Part shown: positions 17,385 through 30,066 of the stretch, piece by piece
Numbering within the stretch: position 1 is the first letter of the stretch
Layout of the letters: each line of letters opens with the position of its first letter
Source: Myxococcota bacterium
GTDB taxonomy: Bacteria; Myxococcota_A; UBA9160; UBA4427
Length of the DNA: 64,000 bases
Direction of reading: 5' to 3'
Assembly: GCA_029268645.1 (NCBI GenBank)
Contig: JAQWNI010000094.1
Location: 6,809 to 70,808 of the forward strand
The notes under the pieces: model-generated
Databases searched by the model: none
What the model saw: only the letters and a program-made list of their open reading frames with translations
Told to the model about the DNA's origin: nothing
Program-made: the position numbers and the translations under genes

Positions 17385-20125
17385 TGTTGGGTGCTGATCT
17401 TTCTCCGCAAACCATTCATGAAGCCGACTCCGAATGGCAGCGATCCTTCTCGTTGCAAAACGTGAAATGCTTGGTGGTCTGCCGGGGCCCTGTGCGCTCT
17501 GAAGCCTTCGAGGTCTTTGACGCGATCGGTGTCCCGGAGTACGGCATGCTTCTCTCCGAGAAGGATTCCATCGTCTACCCGCGCTGCCTCGCACCCGAAA
17601 TCCGGACAATCCCCTGGCCCCAAAACATTCACCGTGTTGCGGACTACATGGGCGCCGGTCAAGAAGAAAAATTGGCCCGAATTGCCGAGATCGTGGAGAT
17701 CGCCAAAGCTCACGACTACACCCATATCTTTGCTGGCTATGGATTCATGGCCGAAGATGCCGAGTTCATTCAAGCCCTTGAGCAAGCCGGGATTGGCTTC
17801 ATGGGCCCATCCTCCGACGTGATCCGCAAGGCCGGCGCCAAAGACGAAGCCAAAAAGCTCGCGCGGGGCCTCGGCAATGCCGTCGTCCCCGGCGTCGATG
17901 ACATTTCCTCCCGAGCCCTGCTGCGCCGAGTGACTGACAGAAAGGGGCTCGAGGCACTGGCCCAAGAGCACAGCCTGAAATGGCATTGGGGGGAAAACGA
18001 CGACCTATCGAGCAACGCCGAAGCCCTCCTGCAGGCCGGCTACGCGGCAACGACCGAGTTGGTCACGATTGAAGAGCTGCAACAAGCTGCGGCAACCGAA
18101 ATCGACGCCATCTGGGCCGACTATCCGGGCAAACGCATCCGCTTCAAGTGTATCGGCGGCGGAGGTGGCAAAGGTCAGCGAGTCATCTCCAAAAGGGACG
18201 AAGCGAGCGAGGCCGTCATGGAGATTCTCGCGGAGCAAAAAGTCATCGACCCGGGGTCCAACCGAAACTTCCTCATCGAATTAAACCTCGAAACCACCCG
18301 ACATAACGAGATCCAAGTCGTCGGAAATGGCGATTGGTCCATTGCTCTTGGCGGGAGAGATTGCTCGATTCAAATGCGCGAGCAGAAGCAACTTGAGTTT
18401 TCACTTACGAGCGAACTCCTCGACGAAGCGATTCCCTGCTACGAGGGTTCTCAACGTGAAACCCTTGAGCGCGACAAGCTGACCCTTGCCGCGATGGAGC
18501 GCGACGCAGAAGCCTTTGCCGGAGGCGTAGGCCTTGACAGCGTTTCGACCTTCGAGTGCATCGTCGAGGGATTCGACCACTTCTTCATGGAAATGAATAC
18601 CCGGATTCAGGTCGAACACGGCGTCACAGAACTGGCCTATCGACTCAAATTCACCAACCCAGACGATGGCAACGACTTTTTCTATGTCGAGCGGTTGATC
18701 GAAGTCATGGCTCTGATCGCCCTGCATGGTAAAAGGCTACCTCGACCCGAAAGAACGCCACGCCACGTCTCCGGTGCCGAAATTCGAGTCAATGCCACGA
18801 ACGCCGCGCTTCAGCCCCATGCGGGTGGCTTAATTCGGTCTTGGTCCCCTCCTCTGCCCTTCGAAATCCGAGACGATCAAGGCATTGGAACACCCAATCC
18901 GGATACCGGTTCATTCATGTACTACAACCTGGCGGGAGCCTACGACTCCAATATCGCTCTGGTCCTGAGCCACGGAGATAATCGGGCTCACAATCTTGAA
19001 CGGTTGTCTGAGATCATGCGCTGCACCGAGATCCGTGGAGACGACGTCGAAACCAGCGTGCCCGTTCAGTACGGCCTGATCAACTGGACCCTGGGCCTTG
19101 AACCCATGATGAAGCCAAATACCCGCTTCCTCAGTCCCTATTTCGCAGCGGTCGGTTCACTCGCTCAACTGACCCGGGACATCGATCTGGATCTCGCGGT
19201 CAGAGAAATGATGAAGAGCATGCCATCGCCAGAGGCGAGCAAGACGCTGGCCGCGAAGGAAACCCTGCTCCTCCGTCCGCTCCGGGCACTCCTTGAAGAC
19301 CCTCACGCATTGGCGGGCTTCGTCGGGCGGCATCAAGGACGACTCTGGGAGACGAAGGGAGACACCCCTCAGTTCTGCGTCAATCCGATCCAGGTTTTAT
19401 CGGAGCTCTACCGCTACCTCCACATGGACTACGATCCTTCGGAGCCGGCATCCGAAATGATCTGGGAAAGTGACGACCGTCTTTTACAAGAAGGTTTGTC
19501 GTTTTACCGGGAAATCGAGGAACGGGCCGGATTGGACACGTGGCCGGAAATCCTTCGGATCCTTGAGTCATCGGATCCGGGCCGGATCGGACCCCTCGAT
19601 TCCGCAGTGTGGATAGACTGCCAAGCCGCCCATGCAGGGCATCAGCTCGGACTCGAGCTTCTTCTGATCATCCCGCGAATAGCGGCCCAATCCGCTTTCG
19701 ACCAGATCCACGTCGACGAGCGACTCGAACCCGTTTTCCCCGAACAATTCATGAACGAGGAAATCGCTGCAGGTCTGATTCGACAGCTCGCGCCGCCCCC
19801 GGTCCAGAGCAGCAATGAAATCGTCACCCCGAGCGGAGGTACATTCTATGCCCGGGAGGCCCCGCAAATGCCTCTTCTCGCAGAAGAGGGGATGCACTTT
19901 GAGCAAGGACAACCCCTGTTCATCATCGAAGTCATGAAGATGTTCAACAAGGTGCTGGCTCCGTTCTCGGGAACAATCACCCGGAATCTCATGGTCGACT
20001 CGGATGGAGCGGTTGTGGCGAAGGCCCAACCCGTCTTTGAAATCGAGCCGGATGAGGTTGTCGTCGTCGAATCCGAAGAAGAAGTCACCGAGCGACGCCG
20101 TGCCGTCACGTTGGGACTTCTGTAG
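17384..20125 (+). CDS. atypically long biotin carboxylase - BCCP fusion protein (acyl-CoA carboxylase alpha-like)
   Basis: 913 aa. Biotin carboxylase (BC) motifs: FAGYGFMAEDAEF, IGGGGGKGQRVI, RHNEIQVVGNG...GGRDCSIQMREQK, EMNTRIQVEHGVTE. C-terminal biotinyl motif: IIEVMKMFNKV. The N-terminal NRGEIA motif is replaced by CRGPVRSEA, and there are large insertions relative to the roughly 660-aa PccA type. Confidence 0.85.
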   Translation: MLGADLSPQTIHEADSEWQRSFSLQNVKCLVVCRGPVRSEAFEVFDAIGVPEYGMLLSEKDSIVYPRCLAPEIRTIPWPQNIHRVADYMGAGQEEKLARIAEIVEIAKAHDYTHIFAGYGFMAEDAEFIQALEQAGIGFMGPSSDVIRKAGAKDEAKKLARGLGNAVVPGVDDISSRALLRRVTDRKGLEALAQEHSLKWHWGENDDLSSNAEALLQAGYAATTELVTIEELQQAAATEIDAIWADYPGKRIRFKCIGGGGGKGQRVISKRDEASEAVMEILAEQKVIDPGSNRNFLIELNLETTRHNEIQVVGNGDWSIALGGRDCSIQMREQKQLEFSLTSELLDEAIPCYEGSQRETLERDKLTLAAMERDAEAFAGGVGLDSVSTFECIVEGFDHFFMEMNTRIQVEHGVTELAYRLKFTNPDDGNDFFYVERLIEVMALIALHGKRLPRPERTPRHVSGAEIRVNATNAALQPHAGGLIRSWSPPLPFEIRDDQGIGTPNPDTGSFMYYNLAGAYDSNIALVLSHGDNRAHNLERLSEIMRCTEIRGDDVETSVPVQYGLINWTLGLEPMMKPNTRFLSPYFAAVGSLAQLTRDIDLDLAVREMMKSMPSPEASKTLAAKETLLLRPLRALLEDPHALAGFVGRHQGRLWETKGDTPQFCVNPIQVLSELYRYLHMDYDPSEPASEMIWESDDRLLQEGLSFYREIEERAGLDTWPEILRILESSDPGRIGPLDSAVWIDCQAAHAGHQLGLELLLIIPRIAAQSAFDQIHVDERLEPVFPEQFMNEEIAAGLIRQLAPPPVQSSNEIVTPSGGTFYAREAPQMPLLAEEGMHFEQGQPLFIIEVMKMFNKVLAPFSGTITRNLMVDSDGAVVAKAQPVFEIEPDEVVVVESEEEVTERRRAVTLGLL

Positions 20126-20155
20126 ATTTCGTAACAAGAGGAGCCCGAAAGCCTG

Positions 20156-23100
20156 ATGCTGCACCTTCGCGGCGCCCCCGCACTCTCGGGCTCACGATCC
20201 TCGGAACTCCTCCGAAAGATTCGAGCCGTCGTGCCCGCGGTCACAGGCTTGACTGCCCATTTTGAGCATTTCGTTCGGCTTCGAGAGGGTAGCGAGAACC
20301 TTGACGAAGCCGCATTTGAGGTCCTTCGACAACTTCTGACTTACGGCCCTCGCCGCTTCGATGACGATTCGGTCCAAGGCCAGCTCATGCTGGTGGTCCC
20401 GAGACCCGGAACCATTTCACCCTGGTCCTCGAAAGCCACGGACATCGCTCGCATCTGCGGTCTTGATTCGGTGGCCCGCATCGAAAGGGGCATCGCCTAT
20501 CGGCTGATTCACGAGAGTCCAATCGATACCGCTCCAGCACTCCCCGTGCTTCACGATCGCATGACCGAAACGGTCCTGGACGAATTCGACGAGGTCTCCC
20601 GACTCTTCGGCCAATCCGCTCCCCAGCCGCTTAAGACTATCGATGTCACAACACGGGGTCACGAAGCACTGAGGGAAGCCGACCACCTCCTCGGACTGGC
20701 CCTGTCCTCAGAGGAAATTGACTACTTGGTCAAAAGCTTTACAGCGATGGGTCGAGATCCCGCCGACATCGAGCTGATGATGTTTGCCCAGGCCAACTCA
20801 GAACACTGCCGGCACAAAATTTTCAATGCCGACTGGGTCATTGACGGAAAACCCCAGGATCAGTCTCTGTTTCAAATGATTCGCAATACAGCGAGGCAGG
20901 CCCCCGACGGTGTGCTTTCTGCCTATTCCGACAATTCGGCGGTGATGGCCGGAAGCCCAGCCAACCGCTTTCATGCGGACCCCGAGACCCGGCTCTACGG
21001 ACACTATCCGGAAGCCGTCCATATCTTGATGAAGGTCGAGACCCATAATCATCCGACCGCGATCTCGCCCGCCCCAGGGGCTGCCACGGGCAATGGAGGA
21101 GAGATCCGCGACGAGGGGGCCACCGGCCGTGGAGGACGACCCAAAGCCGGGCTCAACGGCTTCTCCGTCTCAAATCTTCGTATTCCGGGAGCAACCCGGC
21201 CTTGGGAAAAAGACTATGGGAAGCCGGAGCGCATCGCCTCCGCCCTCGACATCATGCTTGAAGGACCCATCGGTGGCGCGGCCTATAACAATGAGTTTGG
21301 CCGCCCAAATATCGCAGGCTACTTCCGAACCTTCGAGGAACGCGTCGCCGGTCCCGCAGGAGACGAGGTCCGCGGCTACCACAAACCCATCATGCTCGCG
21401 GGGGGACTCGGGAACATTCGGCCCGAGCATGTAGAGAAAGGCACCCTCTCCGCAGGAGCCCCGGTGGTTGTCCTCGGCGGACCCGCAATGTTGATTGGGC
21501 TAGGGGGTGGCGCGGCTTCTTCGATGACGTCGGGCAGCAGCGCAGCGGACCTAGACTTCGCTTCGGTCCAAAGAGACAATGCTGAACTCGAACGGCGCTG
21601 CCAGGAGGTCATTGACCGCTGCTGTGCCCTCGGTGAAGAAAGTCCGATCGTTTCGATTCACGATGTCGGCGCCGGGGGGCTCTCAAATGCTTTGCCTGAG
21701 CTGGTTCACGACAGCCAGCGAGGCGCCCGCTTCGAATTGCGGAAAATTCAGAACGACGAGCCCGGCATGAACCCTCTTGAAGTCTGGTGCAACGAAAGTC
21801 AGAAACGCTACGTGCTCGGCCTCGACTCCGACAAGATCGAACAATTCGAGGAAATCTGCCGTCGAGAGCGCTGCCCCTTCGCGATCCTGGGTTACACATC
21901 GCAGGACGAGCAACTCGTCGTGACCGATGAGCATTTCGCAAATACCCCCATCGATATGCCTCTTTCTGTACTCCTGGGTAAGCCTCCGCGCATGATTCGA
22001 GATGTTCAACGCATCCCGTTCTTCGGTCAACGATTCGACTCGAAGTCCCTCGACCTCCAAGAGGCCGTGGACCGCGTTCTCACCCTACCAACCGTTGGAG
22101 ACAAGAGCTTCTTGGTCACGATTGGAGACCGAACCGTCGGCGGACTGATCGCCCGCGACCAGATGGTTGGCCCGCACCAAGTGCCCGTAGCGGATGCGGG
22201 AGTGACCCTCTCTGGTTTCGAGGGTTTCGCTGGCGAAGCTCTCGCTGTGGGCGAGCGAACACCCGTCGCGCTACTTGACCCGGCCGCCGCTGCCCGGCTT
22301 GCCGTCGGTGAAGCCATCACCAACATCGCATCGGCGCGGATTGCGTCGATTTCCCAGATCAAGCTCTCCGCCAACTGGATGGCACCAGCCGGTCATCCTG
22401 GGGAAGACGCTGGGCTCTATGACGCTGTCCAGGCCGTCGGCCTCGAGTTATGCCCGGCGCTCGGCATCGCAATCCCAGTTGGAAAAGACAGCATGTCCAT
22501 GCGTACAGTCTGGACCGACAAAAAGGGAGAACACAGCGTGACCGCGCCGATTTCTCTCATCATCTCAGCCTTCGCCCCGGTTATCGACGCCCGATCCAGC
22601 CTCACTCCGGCCCTCCGGCAGGATTGTGGAGAAACGGATCTTTGGCTCATAGACCTTGGCGGTCGACGTAATCGCCTGGGTGCCAGTGCCCTCGCCCAAG
22701 TTTTTGAGACCGTCGGAGAAACCCCGCCAGATGTCGACGAACCCGCCAAACTCAGGGCATTTTTCGAGGCGATTCAACGCCTGAACGAAGAAGGCCGCCT
22801 TCTCGCCTACCACGACCGCTCCGACGGGGGCCTGCTGGCCAGTGCCTGCGAGATGGCTTTCGCGGGAGGATGCGGACTCGATGTCGATATAAGCGCAGTC
22901 GGGAACGAACCCATCAGCGCTCTTTTCAACGAAGAATTGGGCGCAATGGTTCAAGTCCGGAGACGCGACACTCAGCGTTTCGCCGAAATTCTCGACTCGG
23001 TTGGGCTCGGCGACACCTTTTATCGGCTGGGACAACCTCGTACAGGGGACCAGATCCTCTTCCGGCACGGCCCCACTCGGCTGATCGATCGATCTCGATC

Positions 23101-24037
23101 GGAGCTGAGGAATCTCTGGTCTGAAACAACTCACCGCATGCAGGCTCTACGCGACGACCCGCAGTGCGCTGAACAAGAACACGACCTGCGGTGCGACCCG
23201 GCCGATCCCGGACTGGCCGTGAGGCTTCCCTTTGACCCCGGTGACGGCTTCAGCCCCAGTCTGATTCAAACCAGACCGCGCTTGGCCATTCTTCGGGAAC
23301 AGGGGGTGAATGGTCACATCGAAATGGCCGCCGCCTTCGATCGAGCAGGTTTCGACTGTATCGATGTGCACATGAGCGATATCCTCGAAGGGCGAAACGA
23401 CTTAAAAGACATGAAGGGACTGATCGCCTGTGGAGGTTTCTCCTATGGGGACGTCCTGGGCGCGGGTGAAGGCTGGGCCAAATCGATTCTTTTCTCACCG
23501 CAAGGCCGCGACCTCTTCGCCGATTTTTTTCACCGACCCGATACGTTCGCGCTTGGAATTTGCAACGGCTGCCAAATGCTTTCCAATCTGCGAGGTCTCA
23601 TTCCCGGGTCGGAAGGCTGGCCGCGATTTGTTCGAAACCGCTCAGAACAATTTGAGGCACGTCTCTCCTTGGTCCAAATCGAGAAGAGCCCCTCAGTCCT
23701 GCTCCATGGCATGGAAGGCGCTCAAATTCCCATTGCGGTTGCCCATGGTGAGGGGCGTGCCGAGTTCCCCGAAGGCACTCAGCCCGAAAAAGTGCGCGAC
23801 GTCGCGCTTCGCTATGTAGATCACCGAGGCCGCGTGACCGAGCATTACCCCGAGAATCCAAATGGGTCACCGGCCGGCATCGCCGGGATGACAAATCAAG
23901 ACGGGCGCATCACGATCGCCATGCCTCACCCAGAACGTGTTTTCCGCAGCATTCAGCTTTCTTGGTGTCCGCCGGACTGGGGAGAGGACTCGCCATGGAT
24001 GCACCTCTTTCGCAATGCGCGACACTTCGTCAACTGA
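20156..24037 (+). CDS. purL: phosphoribosylformylglycinamidine synthase, single-chain large type
   Basis: 1293 aa. Motifs: [23 protein letters not shown], and a C-terminal glutaminase domain with GICNGCQM (catalytic Cys) and HPER. Confidence 0.95.
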   Translation: MLHLRGAPALSGSRSSELLRKIRAVVPAVTGLTAHFEHFVRLREGSENLDEAAFEVLRQLLTYGPRRFDDDSVQGQLMLVVPRPGTISPWSSKATDIARICGLDSVARIERGIAYRLIHESPIDTAPALPVLHDRMTETVLDEFDEVSRLFGQSAPQPLKTIDVTTRGHEALREADHLLGLALSSEEIDYLVKSFTAMGRDPADIELMMFAQANSEHCRHKIFNADWVIDGKPQDQSLFQMIRNTARQAPDGVLSAYSDNSAVMAGSPANRFHADPETRLYGHYPEAVHILMKVETHNHPTAISPAPGAATGNGGEIRDEGATGRGGRPKAGLNGFSVSNLRIPGATRPWEKDYGKPERIASALDIMLEGPIGGAAYNNEFGRPNIAGYFRTFEERVAGPAGDEVRGYHKPIMLAGGLGNIRPEHVEKGTLSAGAPVVVLGGPAMLIGLGGGAASSMTSGSSAADLDFASVQRDNAELERRCQEVIDRCCALGEESPIVSIHDVGAGGLSNALPELVHDSQRGARFELRKIQNDEPGMNPLEVWCNESQKRYVLGLDSDKIEQFEEICRRERCPFAILGYTSQDEQLVVTDEHFANTPIDMPLSVLLGKPPRMIRDVQRIPFFGQRFDSKSLDLQEAVDRVLTLPTVGDKSFLVTIGDRTVGGLIARDQMVGPHQVPVADAGVTLSGFEGFAGEALAVGERTPVALLDPAAAARLAVGEAITNIASARIASISQIKLSANWMAPAGHPGEDAGLYDAVQAVGLELCPALGIAIPVGKDSMSMRTVWTDKKGEHSVTAPISLIISAFAPVIDARSSLTPALRQDCGETDLWLIDLGGRRNRLGASALAQVFETVGETPPDVDEPAKLRAFFEAIQRLNEEGRLLAYHDRSDGGLLASACEMAFAGGCGLDVDISAVGNEPISALFNEELGAMVQVRRRDTQRFAEILDSVGLGDTFYRLGQPRTGDQILFRHGPTRLIDRSRSELRNLWSETTHRMQALRDDPQCAEQEHDLRCDPADPGLAVRLPFDPGDGFSPSLIQTRPRLAILREQGVNGHIEMAAAFDRAGFDCIDVHMSDILEGRNDLKDMKGLIACGGFSYGDVLGAGEGWAKSILFSPQGRDLFADFFHRPDTFALGICNGCQMLSNLRGLIPGSEGWPRFVRNRSEQFEARLSLVQIEKSPSVLLHGMEGAQIPIAVAHGEGRAEFPEGTQPEKVRDVALRYVDHRGRVTEHYPENPNGSPAGIAGMTNQDGRITIAMPHPERVFRSIQLSWCPPDWGEDSPWMHLFRNARHFVN

Positions 24038-24046
24038 ACTCACTGA

Positions 24047-25474
<1,428 letters not shown>

Positions 25475-25479
25475 AGACC

Positions 25480-26580
25480 TCACCAAACATTCACAGCCAA
25501 GCTAAAGATGAGTTGGAAATCGTCCTTCTTCGGGGTCACCCCCGCCGCATTGGGAACTGGCTCCCACACTCGGTCATGTACAAAGGTCGTCTCAATATCA
25601 ATCAAATCGTTGACCTTATAACTCAGAACAGAACGCGTATGTCCAGACGTTCGACCGATATCTGTTGCCACAATGAGACTTGTGTGGTTCACGGTCAGCT
25701 TTAGATCGTTCACGATCGTCCACTTAAAGTAAGTTGACAGCCGACCAATAAAATCACTCCGGTAAAGCTGCTGCCCGGCGACAACCGAAATATTTTGAAG
25801 GTACTGGTACCCCATCGCGACTTCGAAGTCCCATTCAAGCCAAGATTTCTCAACGACCCGGTAACCAAAACCTGCCGTCGGCGATACACGCGCTTCGATG
25901 TTCTGAAACTCGTCGTACTGAAGCGCGGCATCAAAGGGCTGCGCATAAAACCGTCGGGTAATAAAATAGTCTATGCCGGTTTCGACGCGATATCGGTTCA
26001 CATTAACCACACCATCCGCTGCACCATAAGACCCGTAATACGCCAGCTGGGTACGTGTCCAGCTGTCCTCGCGATCGATCACAACCGACGCATTGAGGGA
26101 GGACTGGTTCGTATTTCCGGTATTGAAATCGCCACCCAGGGAAAGCTTAAAGCTCCATCGGTCCAACTCGCTCGACCGCCCCGGCAAAATCGCAACGAGG
26201 TCAGAACGCGGAAATTCAACCTGACCGGTCGCGGCAAGGATCGAAACGGTTTCCTGACCAACATGGCCGATACCTTGAATCATTTCGTGATTCGTCCGGA
26301 CGAATCGGGCAATGCCCGCCATACAGAGAGTGGCCACATCATCGTCCCAATCGAAGGTCTGGCTATTCAGATCCTCGCTATTGAATTCGACGGTCCGGTT
26401 CCGCATGCGGCGCAAATTCCCCCTGAGCCACTCAGCGGAATCCAGTTGCAGCCAGTCATCACCGCCGCTGCAAGGCGCTGGTAGTTCTTTCACCTCGGCA
26501 AAGCAGGGAGGCGCAATCTGGGCCACCCCCATAAAAAGCAAGGCTGCAGCAATGCAAATCTCGGGCTTCATGAGCTCCAT
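25480..26580 (-). CDS. outer-membrane beta-barrel protein (DUF481/YdiY-like C-terminal barrel with an extra N-terminal domain)
   Basis: Signal peptide MELMKPEICIAAALLFMGVAQIAPPCFA. The C-terminal 230 aa have an alternating amphipathic pattern (GNTNQSSLNASVVID..., YDEFQNIEARVSPTAGFGY) and a terminal aromatic residue (...LAVNVW). Confidence 0.6.
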   Translation of the reverse strand: MELMKPEICIAAALLFMGVAQIAPPCFAEVKELPAPCSGGDDWLQLDSAEWLRGNLRRMRNRTVEFNSEDLNSQTFDWDDDVATLCMAGIARFVRTNHEMIQGIGHVGQETVSILAATGQVEFPRSDLVAILPGRSSELDRWSFKLSLGGDFNTGNTNQSSLNASVVIDREDSWTRTQLAYYGSYGAADGVVNVNRYRVETGIDYFITRRFYAQPFDAALQYDEFQNIEARVSPTAGFGYRVVEKSWLEWDFEVAMGYQYLQNISVVAGQQLYRSDFIGRLSTYFKWTIVNDLKLTVNHTSLIVATDIGRTSGHTRSVLSYKVNDLIDIETTFVHDRVWEPVPNAAGVTPKKDDFQLIFSLAVNVW

Positions 26581-26748
26581 GATCTAAGGTGAATGGCAGC
26601 GGGAAAAAGGAAAAATTGCCGCCTCACGATAGCCTCTGAGGCAGATCTCTGGTGCTTGAATCGTCTCCACAACCTACGCCATGCTATCAATCCGAAAGCA
26701 AGTGGGGCGCCGGGGTCTTTGAGCGAGCCGCGGCCAGGGGGATCACAT

Positions 26749-27084
26749 ATGCGATTTATGACAACGCCACGGGGACTCATGCTCGCTTTTTGGCTGGTGT
26801 CAGGCTCCCTCTCCTGTGCCCAAGTCCACTTGGAGAGCCAGGGAGAGTCCGTCCATCGCCTCGGAGCCCAGGAATTACCTGACTGCACACGGGTAGGGAC
26901 GACCCGTGTGCAAGTGCTCGCCAAGGTACTGTACGTCCCTCGAAGCGCTCATCGAGTCGACGACGAACTCACGATTCTGGCCCGAAATGCGGCAGGAAAC
27001 ATGGGAGGCAATACGGTGGTCGCAGAAGGTGGCACCCGCAATGGCAAACAGACTTTCGGTGTTTTTACGTGCCCAGATCAATGA
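26749..27084 (+). CDS. small lipoprotein (DUF4156-like)
   Basis: 111 aa, starting at ATG 26749. Signal peptide plus lipobox GSLSC. LARNAAGNMGGNTVV...GVFTC resembles the DUF4156 pattern. The 3' end overlaps the next gene. Confidence 0.55.
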   Translation: MRFMTTPRGLMLAFWLVSGSLSCAQVHLESQGESVHRLGAQELPDCTRVGTTRVQVLAKVLYVPRSAHRVDDELTILARNAAGNMGGNTVVAEGGTRNGKQTFGVFTCPDQ

Positions 27085-29066
27085 TTGCAAACGGGGCGCT
27101 TCGATCGAAAACCGCCCGAAACCGAGCACCCTCTCTCTTCGTCAGAGCACTCTGTGTCGTGAGCACGATGATTATCCCCGCATCTGCCATCGGGAACCAA
27201 GTCAAGGCGCAGAAATCGACCGTCCTTGAAGGTGGGACCCTGCGGGCTCCCTGTCGCGAATCCACCCCCCTGCGACAGCCGTTTTTCGGCGACCTTCATG
27301 TTCATACGGCTTTTTCCCTGGACGCCTCGACGATGGACACCCGAAATAGACCCGCCGACGCCTATCGTTTCGCCCAGGGTCAGCCCTTGGGCTTGCAGCC
27401 GTACACCGCAGAAGGCACGCCGATGCGAAGTGCCCAACTCGCCCGCCCCTTGGACTTTGCTGCGGTGACCGACCATGCCGAGCTCCTGGGCGAGACCCAC
27501 ATCTGTCAGGCACCGGACCTCGAAGGATACGACTCCTGGGTCTGCCAGCTTTACCGCCGCTGGCCACGGGCCGCTTTTTTTTGGATGAATTTTCAAGCCA
27601 GCCGGGCGACCCGTCACGATTTCTGTGGGCCCGATGGCTCGGCGTGCCGCACCGCCGCTCGACCACCTTGGCAAGAAATCATCGAGGCCGCCGAGGCTGC
27701 GTACGATCGCAGCGAAGACTGCACATTCACGAGCTTCATCGGTTACGAGTGGACGGGGGCTGTAGGCCCCGGCAACAACTTCCATCGCAATGTGATTTTC
27801 GAAAACGACCTCGTCCCAGAGCTGCCCTTGAGTTTTATCGACCAACCCGATCTCGAAAGTTTCTGGAAACAGCTGGGGGCCCAATGTCAAATCGCGGGCG
27901 ACGAATGTGATGTCGTCGTCATTCCCCACAACTCAAACCTTTCTGCCGGCAAGATGTTCCGCACCCAGCAGGAAGATGGGAAGCCCATTTCTCGCAATGA
28001 AGCCGAGGCACGAAAGCGCTACGAGGTCCTCGTCGAAATGATCCAGCACAAGGGCGAGTCTGAATGCTTCCCCGGTCTTGGGAACTCAGATGAACTCTGT
28101 GCCTTTGAGAAGCTCTCCACCAACAGCTTCACCGGTCGATACTTCTGGGCATCGGACACCCGCCCGAAGGGACGGCAGTTCGTCCGCAATCTACTCCGGG
28201 AGGGCATGCAGCAAGAAAAGAAACTCGGGGTCAACCCCTTTCAATTTGGCTTCATCGGCAGCACGGACACACACCTGGGGACGCCGGGCTTGGTCGCAGA
28301 AACAGCAGATTTCCCGGGTCATGGCGGCGCTGGAAAACCGGCGGGCGACTCTGTCCCCACCGGACTGCCAGACTTCGTCGAATTCAACCCAGGTGGCCTT
28401 GCGGTACTCTGGGCTGAAGAAAATTCACGCAAAGCGCTTTTCGCCGCGATGAAGCGACGCGAAGCCTATGCAACCAGTGGCCCGCGCATGGTGGTTCGTT
28501 TTTTTGGGGGTGACGACCTGCCGCTGGACTATTGTGATCGGCCCGATGCCGTGGCGACCGGTTATGCCAAGGGAGTTCCAATGGGCGGCATACTCCCTGA
28601 CCAAGGCCCCGAATCGACCCCACCCCGGTTCGCCGTCTCGGTCCTCGCAGATCCCGGGACACCCGCCCGCCTCGGGAATGCCCTCGACCGCGTTCAGATC
28701 ATCAAGGGCTGGACAACGGAAGATGCGACCCACGAGGCCGTCTATGATGTGGCGTCGGGAAGGCCCCTGCCCTCCTCGGTCGATCCCCTGACCTGTCAGC
28801 CGGTGCCGGGGGGCACCCAAAGTCTTTGCACGGTCTGGCGCGACCCAGACTGGGACCCAAAGCAATCTGCTTTTTACTATGTCCGTGCTCTCGAAAAACC
28901 ATCCTGCCGATGGAGTCAAAAACTGTGCGTCCAGGCAGGGATCCAATGCGACGACCCCGATTCGATCCCAGAGGGGTTTGAAGCCTGCTGCAGCACGGGC
29001 CATCGCCCGCTCATTCAAGAGAGGGCTTGGACCTCGCCCATCTGGTATCGGCCGGATTCGACATGA
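27069..29066 (+). CDS. DUF3604 family protein (PHP-like metal-dependent hydrolase fold), paralog 1
   Basis: FFGDLHVHTAFSLDAS, AVTDHAE, IGYEWTG and VIPHNSN motifs. Cys-rich conserved C-terminus, ...AWTSPIWY. N-terminal signal-like segment. The start is ambiguous (GTG 27069 or ATG 27081). Confidence 0.8.
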   Translation: MPRSMIANGALRSKTARNRAPSLFVRALCVVSTMIIPASAIGNQVKAQKSTVLEGGTLRAPCRESTPLRQPFFGDLHVHTAFSLDASTMDTRNRPADAYRFAQGQPLGLQPYTAEGTPMRSAQLARPLDFAAVTDHAELLGETHICQAPDLEGYDSWVCQLYRRWPRAAFFWMNFQASRATRHDFCGPDGSACRTAARPPWQEIIEAAEAAYDRSEDCTFTSFIGYEWTGAVGPGNNFHRNVIFENDLVPELPLSFIDQPDLESFWKQLGAQCQIAGDECDVVVIPHNSNLSAGKMFRTQQEDGKPISRNEAEARKRYEVLVEMIQHKGESECFPGLGNSDELCAFEKLSTNSFTGRYFWASDTRPKGRQFVRNLLREGMQQEKKLGVNPFQFGFIGSTDTHLGTPGLVAETADFPGHGGAGKPAGDSVPTGLPDFVEFNPGGLAVLWAEENSRKALFAAMKRREAYATSGPRMVVRFFGGDDLPLDYCDRPDAVATGYAKGVPMGGILPDQGPESTPPRFAVSVLADPGTPARLGNALDRVQIIKGWTTEDATHEAVYDVASGRPLPSSVDPLTCQPVPGGTQSLCTVWRDPDWDPKQSAFYYVRALEKPSCRWSQKLCVQAGIQCDDPDSIPEGFEACCSTGHRPLIQERAWTSPIWYRPDST

Positions 29067-30061
29067 GTCATGCCCTGCAGCCTAAAAAGAGAAGCAGAGC
29101 ACAGCGTACTCTTCGATCTCCGCTGCTGCACTTCATCGTGATCGGCACTTGCGCCTATCTCCTTTGGCCTTGGTGGACGCAAGATGAGCCACGCTTTTTC
29201 ATCCGATTGGCCCCCGAGGATATCCGTCAACTGGAATTGGGCTGGGAACAGCAGATGGGTCGCGCCCCGACAGCGCGCGACCGAAGCGCCCTGATCAATA
29301 CAGAGATTGACGAGCGGCTTCTTCTTGAAGAGGCCTTCAACCGGGGTTGGCACCGAAGCGATGGCATCGCGCAACGCCGACTGATCCAAAATCAGAGATT
29401 CATAGATCCGGAAGACGAAGCCAGTGATGCCGAGATGCTTGAGCGCGCCTACCAACAGGGAATGGACCGAAGCGACCTTGTCGTGAGAAGGCGCCTTCTT
29501 GAACTCATGCGACTGACCTTGGCGTCTGAGGCGCGAAGAACGCCTCCTCTTCGAAAGGAGCTTGAGGCCTATCTTCGGGATCATGCCGATCAATTCAAGG
29601 AACCGGAGCGCGTTCAACTGAGCCACGTCTTTCTCTCACGAGACCGCCGGGGGGCCGACTTGGACATCGATGCCCGGGAGCTGGGTGAACGCCTGCACCA
29701 AACCTCGCCACCTCTCGAGGACGCCGTGAAGTGGGGCGATCCGCTCCTGGTTAGATCCCGTCTTCCTCTCTGGTCCAAAGAACGGCTCGCCAGAGAACTC
29801 GGTGCTCGCTTCGCCGAATCCGCAATGCAGGCTCCTGTGCAAGAATGGTTCGGCCCAGTCGATTCGGCCTATGGAAAGCACTGGGTTTTTGTCGAAGCGC
29901 GCCAGGATGCGACCGACCCAGACCTCGACAACGTGCTTCCTCGAGTTGAGGCTGAACTCCTTCGGGAGCGCGAGCAACAGGCCCTGCGAAGCCACATCGA
30001 GGCCCTGAGAGAACAAGCCGAGATCGAGCTAGCGACCGATCCGAACGCCCCTGCACCCTGA
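29063..30061 (+). CDS. membrane-anchored parvulin/PpiC-like peptidyl-prolyl isomerase family protein
   Basis: The ATG at 29063 overlaps the DUF3604 stop (ATGA). N-terminal TM helix LLHFIVIGTCAYLLWPWW. RVQLSHVFL...WFGPVDSAYGKHWVFVEA resembles a PpiC-type rotamase domain. Confidence 0.5.
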   Translation: MSHALQPKKRSRAQRTLRSPLLHFIVIGTCAYLLWPWWTQDEPRFFIRLAPEDIRQLELGWEQQMGRAPTARDRSALINTEIDERLLLEEAFNRGWHRSDGIAQRRLIQNQRFIDPEDEASDAEMLERAYQQGMDRSDLVVRRRLLELMRLTLASEARRTPPLRKELEAYLRDHADQFKEPERVQLSHVFLSRDRRGADLDIDARELGERLHQTSPPLEDAVKWGDPLLVRSRLPLWSKERLARELGARFAESAMQAPVQEWFGPVDSAYGKHWVFVEARQDATDPDLDNVLPRVEAELLREREQQALRSHIEALREQAEIELATDPNAPAP

Positions 30062-30066
30062 GACCG

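Noticed and set aside
27078-29018. Long minus-strand ORFs (283 aa, 197 aa, 154 aa) opposite DUF3604.
   Set aside because: They are shadow ORFs with no recognisable motifs, whereas the + strand frame has strong family motifs.
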